Both the position numbers and the translations under genes were made by a program. The notes beneath the pieces were generated by a model that made no database searches, was not told the DNA's origin, and saw nothing but the letters and a program-made list of their open reading frames with translations. A DNA stretch of 64,000 nucleotides from an uncultured virus (IMG/VR IMGVR_UViG_3300032019_000120) (Duplodnaviria > Heunggongvirae > Uroviricota > Caudoviricetes). The stretch is taken from IMG/VR virus record IMGVR_UViG_3300032019_000120. The stretch is one strand, 5' to 3'. Each line of letters opens with the position of its first letter. Position 1 is the stretch's first letter. Positions 36,801 through 46,079 of the stretch are shown piece after piece.

Positions 36801-39771
36801 CAACACTTATGCCTTGCCTGGTGATTACCAACCTCGGCGATATGGTATGCCTCTTAATCCTGTAAAAATGGAACAAAAAAACGCGTTAAGATTACTTGAC
36901 TCTATACCGCTTACAGTATGGAAGACGTCTGATTATGTGGGATTAGATGAAATATCTTGGGAGTCTGATGATGGGATAGAGTCACATAGACCTTATCATC
37001 AAAAAGCTGCAATCATTCATATGGTTATGGACGTTTATCGTTTCTCTGTTGACCAGGATGCTTTCGGGAAAATTGAAGTCGACCTTGCAGAGTGGCAAGG
37101 TAATAATAGACTACAGTGGATCCATGTAACAGGAGGTAGTTTCCAAGATAATGCTAGTATTAATAAAGCCACTGAGTTGCCGATCCCCGAAACTGTTAGA
37201 GCATTTCTGAAAAATAAACGTATAATTGTTAATCCTATTCCACTCAAGACTAGAGCATTAATTCCAATTACAGAGAAAGTAGTCAATCAAAGATCCGGGT
37301 TAGTAGTAGGAAAAGACAAAGTTTATCTTCCCCTTGGCATGACAAGTATGGGAAGAAACTGGGTATATTTAAACGAGTGTGGAATCACAGCTTGGCATCT
37401 TCAAAATGTGGAATTCACGTTAACAGCAAATCAATCAGCCCTAGCAGAAATAAGAGAACATCTTCTAGTACAAAAGGAAACAAAACATCAAGGAAATTTT
37501 GCTCTAAACGAGTTAATATCCTATATTGACTATAATCAAGATGTTGTTATACAAGAACGAAACACTCCATTGCCAGATGTAACAAGACAGCTGATATCGG
37601 ATAGAATTAGAGTGCCTGAAACGCGAATAGACTTTACTAATAAGAATGTAATTGGATTCGCTGACTTGATGACATTAGGTAATAGAAACATTTGGCTTGG
37701 AGACAACTCCGACATCCACACAAAATTTCCTAATGATAACCGTCCAAAATATACACCAGAAGAAATACTAGCTGCTTGGATACTTAGGGCGGGTGCAATT
37801 GAGATGCCAAATATTAAAGCGTATCAACAACCTGCATGGGGTAGGTCAGTAAAAACTACTGCAACCCATGAAGAGCTTATTGAACTTTCTAAAAAATTAG
37901 TGGAAGTAAGACAGCTAGGACAGCCCCAGCTTAATCCAGATTCAGGAGATGTGTTTGAGGCTAGAAGTGAGTTGGATTTAATTGTTAACAGAGACTATGA
38001 ACAAAGAAAAGCGTATGATGATTTATTCAGTGTAATAAGTGATGCTGATATCATGGCTAGAATTGACAATTCACTATACATTACTCAACATCCAATGTAT
38101 ATTATGAAAGTCAATGATGCTCCATTCGGAATAAACCCTAAATTGGATCCTGGTAATCATGTATCAGTAGCTGTTATTCATCCAAATGATGATTTCGAAG
38201 CTAAACGAATGAAACATTGGATTACCCACTTCGGTCAAGCAATAACGGTATACCAGCTTCCCGCAGGAACAGCAATCTTTAACCCTGGTTGGGCTTCATA
38301 TACATTCGAGCTGGAAATTATAGTGTCATCTGATACTCTATCAAGGGCGCATGCTATCCCGATGGCACATTTCGCTGATATAAATGGGTGGAGAAGTTCA
38401 AGACTGCATGAACAAGGATGGTACTTATCACAAGATACTAATAGAACGATAGCAAATAATGATCAAATAGGCCTAATACATTCGCAAGCAGCAGCATTGA
38501 TATTATTCTATAAAACTCAGCAAACCCTAGATAATCTCTTAATAGTAATGGGTGGTGATGATTTCTACCGAGTAGACTTAGTAAAAGAATTAGAAGCTCC
38601 AGACAGTTCACGTTTTAACATTGTTGAACTAACCAATGCGAAGAAAATATTGGATGCGCGTAACGTTGCATGGGATGGAATACTCGAGGGTGAATATTGG
38701 GTTCATCAACCGAAATCATTTAGAAATTCAGTTGGCGAATTCTCTAACTGGATAAGTGGTAAAGCCTGGTTAGCAAGTAATTGGGTACAACATAGTATAC
38801 CTGGAATGAGAGCTACCGCCCATAATGTAATTAATAAATCTGCACGGGGGCTAGCTAAAGGTGGTATAGCAATTGAAGCGTTAGCAGCTGTTTGGTTTAT
38901 GGAGGACTACTACCTTGAACATGGAGGTGGTGAGGTATCACCTGGTAATCAACCTAAGGCTGTGCGAACTTTACCCGGTGGTGAAGTTTGGTCTAATGTA
39001 GTACAAGCAACTGCTGATGAGCTTACTACAACACCTGATAGAGCAAGTGAATTCCGCAGATATGCAAGGAAAAGAATATACGAATCATCTATGTCAGATC
39101 CAGAGAAGGAATCCACGTGGGAATATATTATTAATCATTGGTGGTGGGATAAGTATGAGTGGATTATGTTAGAAGATTTAGGTACTGATGAATGGGAAGA
39201 TGCTTATCTTGCAAATGAAAAGTTCGGCGTAACTCCAATTGAAAGGGAGTGGTGGGGTGATCAAACAGACGCAACTGAGAACCCTAGGAAACCAGGTGCG
39301 AGGGCTGGTTATGGGGCTGATTACTCATACACACAAGATTACACTGAGTCAGGTATGGATTTCCCAGAGAGATTATGGACATTAGGACACAACTCTATTA
39401 GTATTGTATCGACAACATTTCAAGGAATTATAGAATCTATAGCTATTTCTGGTGGTGGAATTGACCATGAATTTGAATTGGGGATATCTGATTGGCTTCA
39501 AGGATGGCATGTATCAGATATCTTTATAAACGCTATTAACTGGATTGGAAATTCAGGTGAAGGAGGTGTAGAGGTTAGACCTACATTCGGTGCTGCCCTT
39601 TCATCAATATTTAATAGTCTTACTGCTGAAGAACAAGCTGAAGCGATGGCTCAATGGACTGCACGAGTGGAAAATTATGAACCAATGCAGATTGGATATA
39701 CGTTTGAGTTAGATAACCCAGTGGGCCCCGTGCAACCCGTAACAGTACTTATTGTTCCAACATACGACTAA
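33826..39771 (+). CDS. Very large (~1980 aa) multidomain polyvalent-type protein with GNAT-like and ADP-ribosyltransferase-like motifs
   Basis: RLQGKGI...LTPDGAALF (~36360-36520); VYQLPAGT.IF....SYTFELEIIV (~38240-38330). ORF certain, domain calls tentative. Confidence 0.55.
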   Translation: MSNPVNPSTNVNQALIAYGTQQRLEDLNDTQRAIVHSVIREVHGPQNEYVIAIEEPTLKDYIEKRIDLYNEGGYGSENKLVELQPANRWSEASVKDTPNFNNVIAFDAAILGTDSKIDGLPILHIDTQEALNSFLGGDYMETVEGELKVRWSDLDRVFCGISIHVEMSDIPYLANVGIKQGNIYIFHPHVNKLWDILASSEPAIYRFTKTAEFQTKPLSEIEYDNILTNGNSNRKLIADITAQTLRNKLVNVNNLESLTNPQQPSQVAKEILTKNLEMIDITSAADKFSQGVDHKLWRVMDPRYLDWAEDTKMGTVDVEEYSRFDTIHKLFLQSDYDMAVEMRELFLKPGVVENSILAGPIDNTPDAIRDYLSDGNLAEFMRNLDSLASPMEVMDTIKDNASQFALGSSVGDDHLYEKLVNRLGNTSIEDTEYIIFGDKDKILWKKYANQKIYVPSNIANFSRIEFTAHYDPDLGRMFDFGFIKKRSLEFHWESDITREQMVARERHAVMQLEYHLYTRVLKDYSGLLSSQLYSDGVFARQRFFDYMWASGKFDEMDATVFRSDFIHDNHEITTINQLVDDAYTAGAIASSFSSYRDGVGDIELTNGLIGKVVEGASIVEDAAGNPTRINGAELKKRYLTTGSIFANGKRLAYVNASMAKRGKDDPAFLSSFDYADADGEPHVFVLQDSIRPHVKLSPREYVHRRFNDDLMIITAAQKAEDFLDTLSDEEKNKASFFDKINEELLLLTVEELKEHPHWSYYYNQTIADINLGVTERTSKTQLEQMGIRVMEKVTELDSDRVIYFDVDHWIYAQDDYEQRMSDRKKGAGASITYEIMDRGTSHEKLVISSIMVGNSPDKRLQGKGIFLLEMLAKVEGHIMKIDTGSLTPDGAALFAGWISHIKKHNRWHEFPWFSSGAQIRQLGIAIDGTGSNVPRGAIYNNVNMATLDFQIHPLATYIPMSEWRKQIMTYDTPYYGVRALPMDDWQLNPDTNNTYALPGDYQPRRYGMPLNPVKMEQKNALRLLDSIPLTVWKTSDYVGLDEISWESDDGIESHRPYHQKAAIIHMVMDVYRFSVDQDAFGKIEVDLAEWQGNNRLQWIHVTGGSFQDNASINKATELPIPETVRAFLKNKRIIVNPIPLKTRALIPITEKVVNQRSGLVVGKDKVYLPLGMTSMGRNWVYLNECGITAWHLQNVEFTLTANQSALAEIREHLLVQKETKHQGNFALNELISYIDYNQDVVIQERNTPLPDVTRQLISDRIRVPETRIDFTNKNVIGFADLMTLGNRNIWLGDNSDIHTKFPNDNRPKYTPEEILAAWILRAGAIEMPNIKAYQQPAWGRSVKTTATHEELIELSKKLVEVRQLGQPQLNPDSGDVFEARSELDLIVNRDYEQRKAYDDLFSVISDADIMARIDNSLYITQHPMYIMKVNDAPFGINPKLDPGNHVSVAVIHPNDDFEAKRMKHWITHFGQAITVYQLPAGTAIFNPGWASYTFELEIIVSSDTLSRAHAIPMAHFADINGWRSSRLHEQGWYLSQDTNRTIANNDQIGLIHSQAAALILFYKTQQTLDNLLIVMGGDDFYRVDLVKELEAPDSSRFNIVELTNAKKILDARNVAWDGILEGEYWVHQPKSFRNSVGEFSNWISGKAWLASNWVQHSIPGMRATAHNVINKSARGLAKGGIAIEALAAVWFMEDYYLEHGGGEVSPGNQPKAVRTLPGGEVWSNVVQATADELTTTPDRASEFRRYARKRIYESSMSDPEKESTWEYIINHWWWDKYEWIMLEDLGTDEWEDAYLANEKFGVTPIEREWWGDQTDATENPRKPGARAGYGADYSYTQDYTESGMDFPERLWTLGHNSISIVSTTFQGIIESIAISGGGIDHEFELGISDWLQGWHVSDIFINAINWIGNSGEGGVEVRPTFGAALSSIFNSLTAEEQAEAMAQWTARVENYEPMQIGYTFELDNPVGPVQPVTVLIVPTYD

Positions 39772-39781
39772 GGATGCTAAT

Positions 39782-41428
39782 ATGATTATCGAAATCCCTG
39801 AAAAAATTACTTTTTGTGAGTTCGCTGGACACAAGCATACTATCAAGGATGATAGTTTCTTAATAGTAGATATGTTAGCAAACTACATAGTGGAACATCA
39901 ACGTCTGTGGTATGGTGCATTGCAAGATCAAGGGACAACCAACTTAACCATGAGAATGAATTGTAGATGGATGGCTCTATCAATCTATCAGTATACATCT
40001 CATTATGACTTTTCTGATTCAAAACATGAAGGGAGAGTTAAAAAAATTCTCGATTGGCACCAGATGGATAAGACCTCTACTTATTACAATCAATGTGTAG
40101 ACGTATCCAGCGTGTCTGAAGTAGGAGTAAAGCTAGCTGCTATACTGGTATCATTATACTTTGATGATCCAAAATCGACAGGGTGGAATGATTTATCAGA
40201 TTATGGTATTGGTGGATATATGTATGAACGAGCAGCCGCTGTAATAACAAAGGGCACTTGGTATGAAATGACCTTTACATGTAATCCAGCATCTGTTCTA
40301 ACTGATTATAATGATTATAGTATATATGACGCCCCAAGGTTCCCATATCAACACTCATTGTATGAAGTATATCTTCATCAGGCAGTAGACTTATTAGTTG
40401 ATAATATTAATTGGAAAGTGTTAACACCTGATGATATGAGAACGTATTATAAATTCGGATACACTGACGTAACTGATTTATTTATTCCTGTAATTGAAAA
40501 TACTTTACAATTTAAGATGGGTGACAAGTATGGCATTATGGAACATATGTTTAACAGATTACCAGCTGATGGCTCTTTAACTCCGACCTCTGTTTTTAGA
40601 AGCATGCAGGGAGATTATGTAATGTTGATGGACTCTGATACAATAACAATACCAGACCATATCCATTCTCATGTCATGATGCACATGAAGGCTTCCCTGA
40701 AGATAAGCATAAGGAAATCAGAGGCTGATCCAAAAGAATTATTGGATGTAGTGTTTCCTTATATGTTAGAAAATTTAGGAAATAAGGAGGTTGGATTATA
40801 TTTTTATGCAATCGCTAGCCAAGATAGAGGAGAACAACTACAACTGCAGATTACTCCCGCGGGAGGCCAGATACGTCAACATAATATTCCGATGAACTGG
40901 GATAATGCATCTTGGCACTTGATAGGAGTAGATGATAAACTGATTGTACTGGATCCAAATACATTTCGTTTATCTATGAGGGGAGCAACACACAACTTGA
41001 TTACCTTAGGATATTTCGGACCAAATAGTCAGGATATCATAGACAAAATAGATTCTGATAATAAACTTGACTTGATTGTTACAGAAGCTGGAAAAGACCC
41101 ATTAACAGAATATCATACTAAGTATGAAGTTGATCACACAGAAGCGTTTTTATATGATAGAGTTAAGCGCAATATCGATCCAATAAATAGAACAGGAAAG
41201 TATTGGTATGAGATGATGAATGTTCCTGCAATCAATCCAACCGGATTTGCCTTACTTGGTGGTGTGGCACAGGACGCAGAACGATCTATAAATATTGCTG
41301 TTGGAGGATTCTATACTTATGAAGGAGAAAAATTCCTTGAAGCACTTGTCCATGAAATTGGTGGTCATTTTATTAACGACCCTGATGATGCCACAAGCAT
41401 TTGGGGCACCCACAATATCGAAATATAA
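39782..41428 (+). CDS. Hypothetical protein ending in a zincin motif
   Basis: ALVHEIGGH lies ~20 aa before the stop; AAGGA RBS before ATG 39782. Confidence 0.6.
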   Translation: MIIEIPEKITFCEFAGHKHTIKDDSFLIVDMLANYIVEHQRLWYGALQDQGTTNLTMRMNCRWMALSIYQYTSHYDFSDSKHEGRVKKILDWHQMDKTSTYYNQCVDVSSVSEVGVKLAAILVSLYFDDPKSTGWNDLSDYGIGGYMYERAAAVITKGTWYEMTFTCNPASVLTDYNDYSIYDAPRFPYQHSLYEVYLHQAVDLLVDNINWKVLTPDDMRTYYKFGYTDVTDLFIPVIENTLQFKMGDKYGIMEHMFNRLPADGSLTPTSVFRSMQGDYVMLMDSDTITIPDHIHSHVMMHMKASLKISIRKSEADPKELLDVVFPYMLENLGNKEVGLYFYAIASQDRGEQLQLQITPAGGQIRQHNIPMNWDNASWHLIGVDDKLIVLDPNTFRLSMRGATHNLITLGYFGPNSQDIIDKIDSDNKLDLIVTEAGKDPLTEYHTKYEVDHTEAFLYDRVKRNIDPINRTGKYWYEMMNVPAINPTGFALLGGVAQDAERSINIAVGGFYTYEGEKFLEALVHEIGGHFINDPDDATSIWGTHNIEI

Positions 41429-41429
41429 T

Positions 41430-43190
41430 ATGGCACATTCTACAAACATTAATTATTTAGAGCAACAAGCATTAGGAGAAAAGTATAATCCTGTATCTAT
41501 GCATAATGCTATCACACAGTTTTGGAAGAACTCGCGAAATCATTTAAATGATAAGATTACAGTAAGGGTGGATCTCCCTTGGTGGCAAGATTTAGAAATG
41601 AAAGAGAGGGAATGGCAAGACATTAAAAAGCAGATACAAACCTACAATCCGGAAGGTATTGGTTATATTATGTTAGCTTCTCAACGGTTTGAATTTATTG
41701 TACCAATGACTGATTTAATCGAAGAACATCTGAACAAATGGTATCCAGGACACAACGCCTCAAATGATGGTTTGCGTCACTTTGCTATGGCAATATATTT
41801 AGAAGAACGGTTTGGTGTTGCTGTAACTGAAGGCACTGGTATTCTTGTAGAGGTAGCTGGTTTATTGCATCACGGGATGGTGTCAGCTATGGGTTTTACA
41901 GGAACGACTGGATTCTCAGCTGATGACCTAGCAGCAAACTTTGCTGGATATATGGGATATTCTGCTTCTGAAGCATATGAACATGGAATATTTTTACACA
42001 CTGAAGAAGAGAACTTTGGTATTGGTCAGGGTAAATGGAAGGCTGTTGGAGATAAGATAAAGAAGCTAAAATCGAGTAATAACCAATATAAGATGAAACT
42101 TACTGGGGAAGCTATCGATGTTATATTAGCCGCATTCAAACTTCCTAAAAGCGACCAGCTGACTGGAGATACAGATACATCAGTAGTTACATATGGTCCA
42201 ACATATGAGACTCATGAAATCACAATTGGAGAATTTACAAGAGAAGTGGCTGGACTCGATGATTTGGATAGTTACAACCAATCATACTTTAAAAATGAAT
42301 TCATGTCCAGATGCTTTGCCATACTTGTATTGAATAGAGGAATGTCTTTCCTTGATATCTATGCAAAAATGAAAGCAAGGTATCCAGGATTTTTACTATC
42401 AGATAATGTTGTTAATAAGTTCGAAGCTGAATTTTGTCGTATTCTTAAAAGAACACCTAAGGTTATTGACACTCATCCACAATCTACATCCGTATACAAT
42501 GCTGGATTAACCAGTGGGCAAGCTGAGTATATAGCTAGACTTGAAGGAACGTCAAAAGGCCTTATAGTACAGGATGATGTAAGATATATACTCGACCTTA
42601 CTTACTCCAGGTTAGTTATAAAGGTCCCTCACTTTGGTACTTTAGGAGCGCAGGCAGGATATACTAAATACTTAACATGGTGGATCGATCGTGTCATTGA
42701 TTGTGAAAGCACATTCACTAAAGCTACTAATAGTGAGTCGAGCGCGTATAGTTATAATCAGTTTACTGTACCGGCTGTTCCAACAGCATTTAATAGATAT
42801 AAAAATGCGCATAATGATGTTAAGGGATCATACAACTTACCTGCATGGGTTAATATACCTTATCCAAAGTCAGAAGATATTACAAAAGCAGAACAGAGAG
42901 CTATCCTTGATAATTTAACATATGACCAAGAAGCAGCATTATCTTTAGCTAATACTATAGCAGGACTAGGACGCAATGATGATATAATGACAATAGCTCA
43001 AGCTGATTCAATAGATGCGCTTAGGGTTATTGCAGCAGCAAAACGTTTGTATATTGTGGGTCATATGCAAGGTACGTGGGATGCTCAAGGCAAAATTACA
43101 TTACCAGGGCATACAGCAGAAGACGTGCGAAATGTAATTAAGAATATGGCTGCAAAGATGACAGTGCAGAGTTTAAATTCATATAAATAA
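41430..43190 (+). CDS. Multidomain protein: toxin-like RH..DL module, zincin C-terminal half, lytic-transglycosylase-like domain
   Basis: DGLRHFAMA..DDLAAN..G; NEFMSRCFAILVLNRG; CES....ATNSESSAYSYNQF. Start could be upstream (41319 or 41352). Confidence 0.5.
   Translation: MAHSTNINYLEQQALGEKYNPVSMHNAITQFWKNSRNHLNDKITVRVDLPWWQDLEMKEREWQDIKKQIQTYNPEGIGYIMLASQRFEFIVPMTDLIEEHLNKWYPGHNASNDGLRHFAMAIYLEERFGVAVTEGTGILVEVAGLLHHGMVSAMGFTGTTGFSADDLAANFAGYMGYSASEAYEHGIFLHTEEENFGIGQGKWKAVGDKIKKLKSSNNQYKMKLTGEAIDVILAAFKLPKSDQLTGDTDTSVVTYGPTYETHEITIGEFTREVAGLDDLDSYNQSYFKNEFMSRCFAILVLNRGMSFLDIYAKMKARYPGFLLSDNVVNKFEAEFCRILKRTPKVIDTHPQSTSVYNAGLTSGQAEYIARLEGTSKGLIVQDDVRYILDLTYSRLVIKVPHFGTLGAQAGYTKYLTWWIDRVIDCESTFTKATNSESSAYSYNQFTVPAVPTAFNRYKNAHNDVKGSYNLPAWVNIPYPKSEDITKAEQRAILDNLTYDQEAALSLANTIAGLGRNDDIMTIAQADSIDALRVIAAAKRLYIVGHMQGTWDAQGKITLPGHTAEDVRNVIKNMAAKMTVQSLNSYK
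43182..43189 (+). promoter_or_regulatory. T4-type late promoter for neck genes
   Basis: TATAAATA 24 nt before the gp13 ATG. Confidence 0.8.
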
Positions 43191-43213
43191 CACTATAGAA
43201 ATAGGAATAACAT

Positions 43214-43957
43214 ATGGCAACTATAACAAATAGGGTGGGACTCGCAGAACATGCATTAAGAGAGCTCGGTGCGCCCGTAATCGAAATCAATGTAGATGAG
43301 GACCAAGTCGAGGATAGAATCGATGATGCTTTACAATATTATCAAGAATATCATGCAGATGCTGTATTTAGAGTATACCTTAAACACCAACTAGTAGCAG
43401 ATGATATAGCTAATTCATACATCACTATTCCAGATGGTGTAACTTCTGTCGTACGTTTATTAGACTTGAAGTCGGGTTCTTCTGAAGCACTATTTAACGT
43501 TGAGTATCAAATGAGACTCTCTGATATGATGAGTTTTTCAACATCATCTAAGAACCTACAGGTGTATGACCAAAGAATGTCTCATCTAGCTTTAATGGAC
43601 AACAGATTAAACTCAACCGAATTATTAAGATTTAATCGTCATATGAATAGACTTCATGTTGATGAGGGATTTAAATCACTTGCTGTTGGTGATTGGATAT
43701 GTATAGAGGCTTATCAGATAGTAGACCCAAGTACATATACTGATGTATATAATGACATGTTCTTGAAGAGGTATGTTACAGCTCTAATCAAAAAACAATG
43801 GGGACAAAACCTAATTAAATTTGAAGGTGTTCAACTTCCTGGTGGTGTTACAATCAACGGCCGTCAAATTTATGAAGATGCAGTAGAAGAAATTAGGTTA
43901 ATTGAAGAAAACATGCAATTAGCTTGGCAGCTACCTGATGATTTCTTAATGGGATAA
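43214..43957 (+). CDS. gp13: Neck protein gp13
   Basis: LRELGAPVIEINV..DQ..D.IDDAL; K.QWGQNLIKF.GVQLPGGVT.NG. Confidence 0.95.
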   Translation: MATITNRVGLAEHALRELGAPVIEINVDEDQVEDRIDDALQYYQEYHADAVFRVYLKHQLVADDIANSYITIPDGVTSVVRLLDLKSGSSEALFNVEYQMRLSDMMSFSTSSKNLQVYDQRMSHLALMDNRLNSTELLRFNRHMNRLHVDEGFKSLAVGDWICIEAYQIVDPSTYTDVYNDMFLKRYVTALIKKQWGQNLIKFEGVQLPGGVTINGRQIYEDAVEEIRLIEENMQLAWQLPDDFLMG

Positions 43958-43961
43958 ATTA

Positions 43962-44873
43962 ATGGCAACAAATGTCTACTTTAACGGTGCGGTAAAATCA
44001 GAACAAAATATGTATGAGGATTTAATCATAGAGTCTATCTCTATGTACGGTCAAGACGTGTTTTACATTCCTAGGGTTAGTATATCAGATGACCAAATAC
44101 TAAATGAAGAGTATTCTAAGTTTGAAGATGCTTGGCAGGTGGAGATGTACATTGAAAATGTTGATAGCTTCGAGGGTGATGGAGATTTACTTTCAAAGTT
44201 TGGTTTAGAGATAAGAGACCAAGCAACGTTTATTGTAGCTAAATCTCGTTGGGAACGTCAGATTGGTACTAACCTAACAACACAAAGGCCAATGGAAGGA
44301 GATCTAATTTATCTTCCTATGTCTAAGTCATTATTTGAAATTAAATTTGTTGAACACGAACAACCGTTCTATCAACTACAAAACCTTCCAGTTTACAAGC
44401 TACAAGCAGAACTATTTGAATATAGTGATGAAGCACTTGATACTGGAATTGACGAAATAGATTCAATCGAACGTCGCTTTGCTACAATTTACACATACAC
44501 ATTAGGTAGTGGTTCAGGAGACTTCATAATTGGTGAAACAGTTACACAGTGGACTGGCTCGAATGATGGGTCTTCAGACCCAATCAATATTGAAGGAGAG
44601 GTAGCGAACTGGGAATCGTCTGGAACGACCACGGGCCAAATTGCCATGGTAGCTCATGTGACATCAGATGATAAGTTTAGACAGTTTTACGTCAGCTCAG
44701 ATAGCAATAAACGTGTTGTAGGAACAGAATCCGGAGCAGTATACGACGTTGTAACAGTTGTAACAGTAGCTACTGACGGATTGAACGAGAACGATGCAGA
44801 CAACGCTATATTTGAAACAGAAGCTGATTCAATAATAGACTTTACAGAAGATAATCCATTCGGAATGCCATAA
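43962..44873 (+). CDS. gp14: Neck protein gp14
   Basis: ESI.MYG.DV.YIPR, LSKFGLEIRD, RP.EGDLIY.P, FEI.FVE.E.PFYQ, DF.E.NPFG. Confidence 0.95.
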   Translation: MATNVYFNGAVKSEQNMYEDLIIESISMYGQDVFYIPRVSISDDQILNEEYSKFEDAWQVEMYIENVDSFEGDGDLLSKFGLEIRDQATFIVAKSRWERQIGTNLTTQRPMEGDLIYLPMSKSLFEIKFVEHEQPFYQLQNLPVYKLQAELFEYSDEALDTGIDEIDSIERRFATIYTYTLGSGSGDFIIGETVTQWTGSNDGSSDPINIEGEVANWESSGTTTGQIAMVAHVTSDDKFRQFYVSSDSNKRVVGTESGAVYDVVTVVTVATDGLNENDADNAIFETEADSIIDFTEDNPFGMP

Positions 44874-45604
44874 TGTTTACTACACACTACTACAATTCAA
44901 GCGTGAGACGAATGGTCTCAGTATTCGGATCCTTGTTTAATGATATTCAAGTCGTAAAGACTGATTCATCAGGAAAGGTTCTACAAAGTATTAAAGTACC
45001 ATTGGCATATGGTCCAAGACAAAAGTTCATAGCTAGGACTCGTAAACTAAATGATCCGAAGATGGCTATAAAGTTGCCTCGTCTATCATTTGAAATAACT
45101 GACATGACATATGATGGTGCTGCTCGTTTAAATAAGAATAAGAAACTAAGTGCTGTAGTAACCGGAGATAACACGGTAAGACAAACATTAACAAGCCCTT
45201 CTGTTTATAAAGTTGGGTTTGAGTTAAACATACTTGCTAAGTCGCAAGATGATGCGCTACAAATACTAGAACAAATTTTACCTATATTCCAACCAGATTA
45301 TACAGTTACTATTACAGACATCCCTGACATGGGAATTAAATCTGATGTTCCTATTGTACTAACTGGTGTTAGCTTGAATGATGACTATGAAGGTGACTTC
45401 TTATCGAGAAGAACTGTCATATACACTCTCGCATTTGAAACGAGAATTAAATTCTATAGGGGTATTGCTAATGCTGAAATCATTCGTGATACAGAAGTAT
45501 ATTATAAGAATATGAATACTTCACAAGATATTGAAGTTCAGAAAGTTGATGGTGATACTACACCATACACTGAAACAATTGACTTCTTTAATGAACCAGA
45601 ATAA
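44873..45604 (+). CDS. gp15: Tail terminator / sheath stabiliser gp15
   Basis: FGSLFNDI, KVPLAYGP.QKF, LPRLSFE, QILEQILP.FQP. Confidence 0.95.
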   Translation: MFTTHYYNSSVRRMVSVFGSLFNDIQVVKTDSSGKVLQSIKVPLAYGPRQKFIARTRKLNDPKMAIKLPRLSFEITDMTYDGAARLNKNKKLSAVVTGDNTVRQTLTSPSVYKVGFELNILAKSQDDALQILEQILPIFQPDYTVTITDIPDMGIKSDVPIVLTGVSLNDDYEGDFLSRRTVIYTLAFETRIKFYRGIANAEIIRDTEVYYKNMNTSQDIEVQKVDGDTTPYTETIDFFNEPE

Positions 45605-45613
45605 GGAGATATT

Positions 45614-45724
45614 ATGTTTTTAACAATTGCGTTTATATTAGGATTCGTCATCGGATGGTGGGTCAATGAAAAGGTAGAAGATGCCGCAGAAAAAGTTAAT
45701 CCATTGAATTGGTTTAAAAAATAA
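45614..45724 (+). CDS. 36-aa membrane peptide (not in ORF track)
   Basis: TAAGGAG RBS then MFLTIAFILGFVIGWWVNEKVEDAAEKVNPLNWFKK. Confidence 0.65.
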   Translation: MFLTIAFILGFVIGWWVNEKVEDAAEKVNPLNWFKK

Positions 45725-45737
45725 ACAATAAAATATT

Positions 45738-46079
45738 ATGAGTGATCATTTAGATAAAGACTACGAGCACATTCGTAGACAACTGTATGATTTGAGCAAT
45801 CAAGGTGATGAGGCAATTGAACTCATGCTTGAACTTGCTCGTGAATCAGAACATCCAAGAGCCTTTGAGGTACTAGGACAACTCATTAAACAGAATGCAG
45901 AGATTGCAGAGAAGTTAATGAAGCTCCAAAAATCTAAAAAAGAAGTAAACAACCTAGACGGAGTCGCTGCGTTAGCAGACCAAGGAACAGTAAATAATAA
46001 TGTGTTTATAGGTAGTACTGCAGAGCTACAAAAGATGTTACGTGATGAGATTGTGATCGATGTCGAAGAAGGACAATAA
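45738..46079 (+). CDS. gp16: Terminase small subunit gp16
   Basis: DYE..R, A.ESEHPRAFEV, NNNVFIGSTAELQKML. Confidence 0.92.
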   Translation: MSDHLDKDYEHIRRQLYDLSNQGDEAIELMLELARESEHPRAFEVLGQLIKQNAEIAEKLMKLQKSKKEVNNLDGVAALADQGTVNNNVFIGSTAELQKMLRDEIVIDVEEGQ

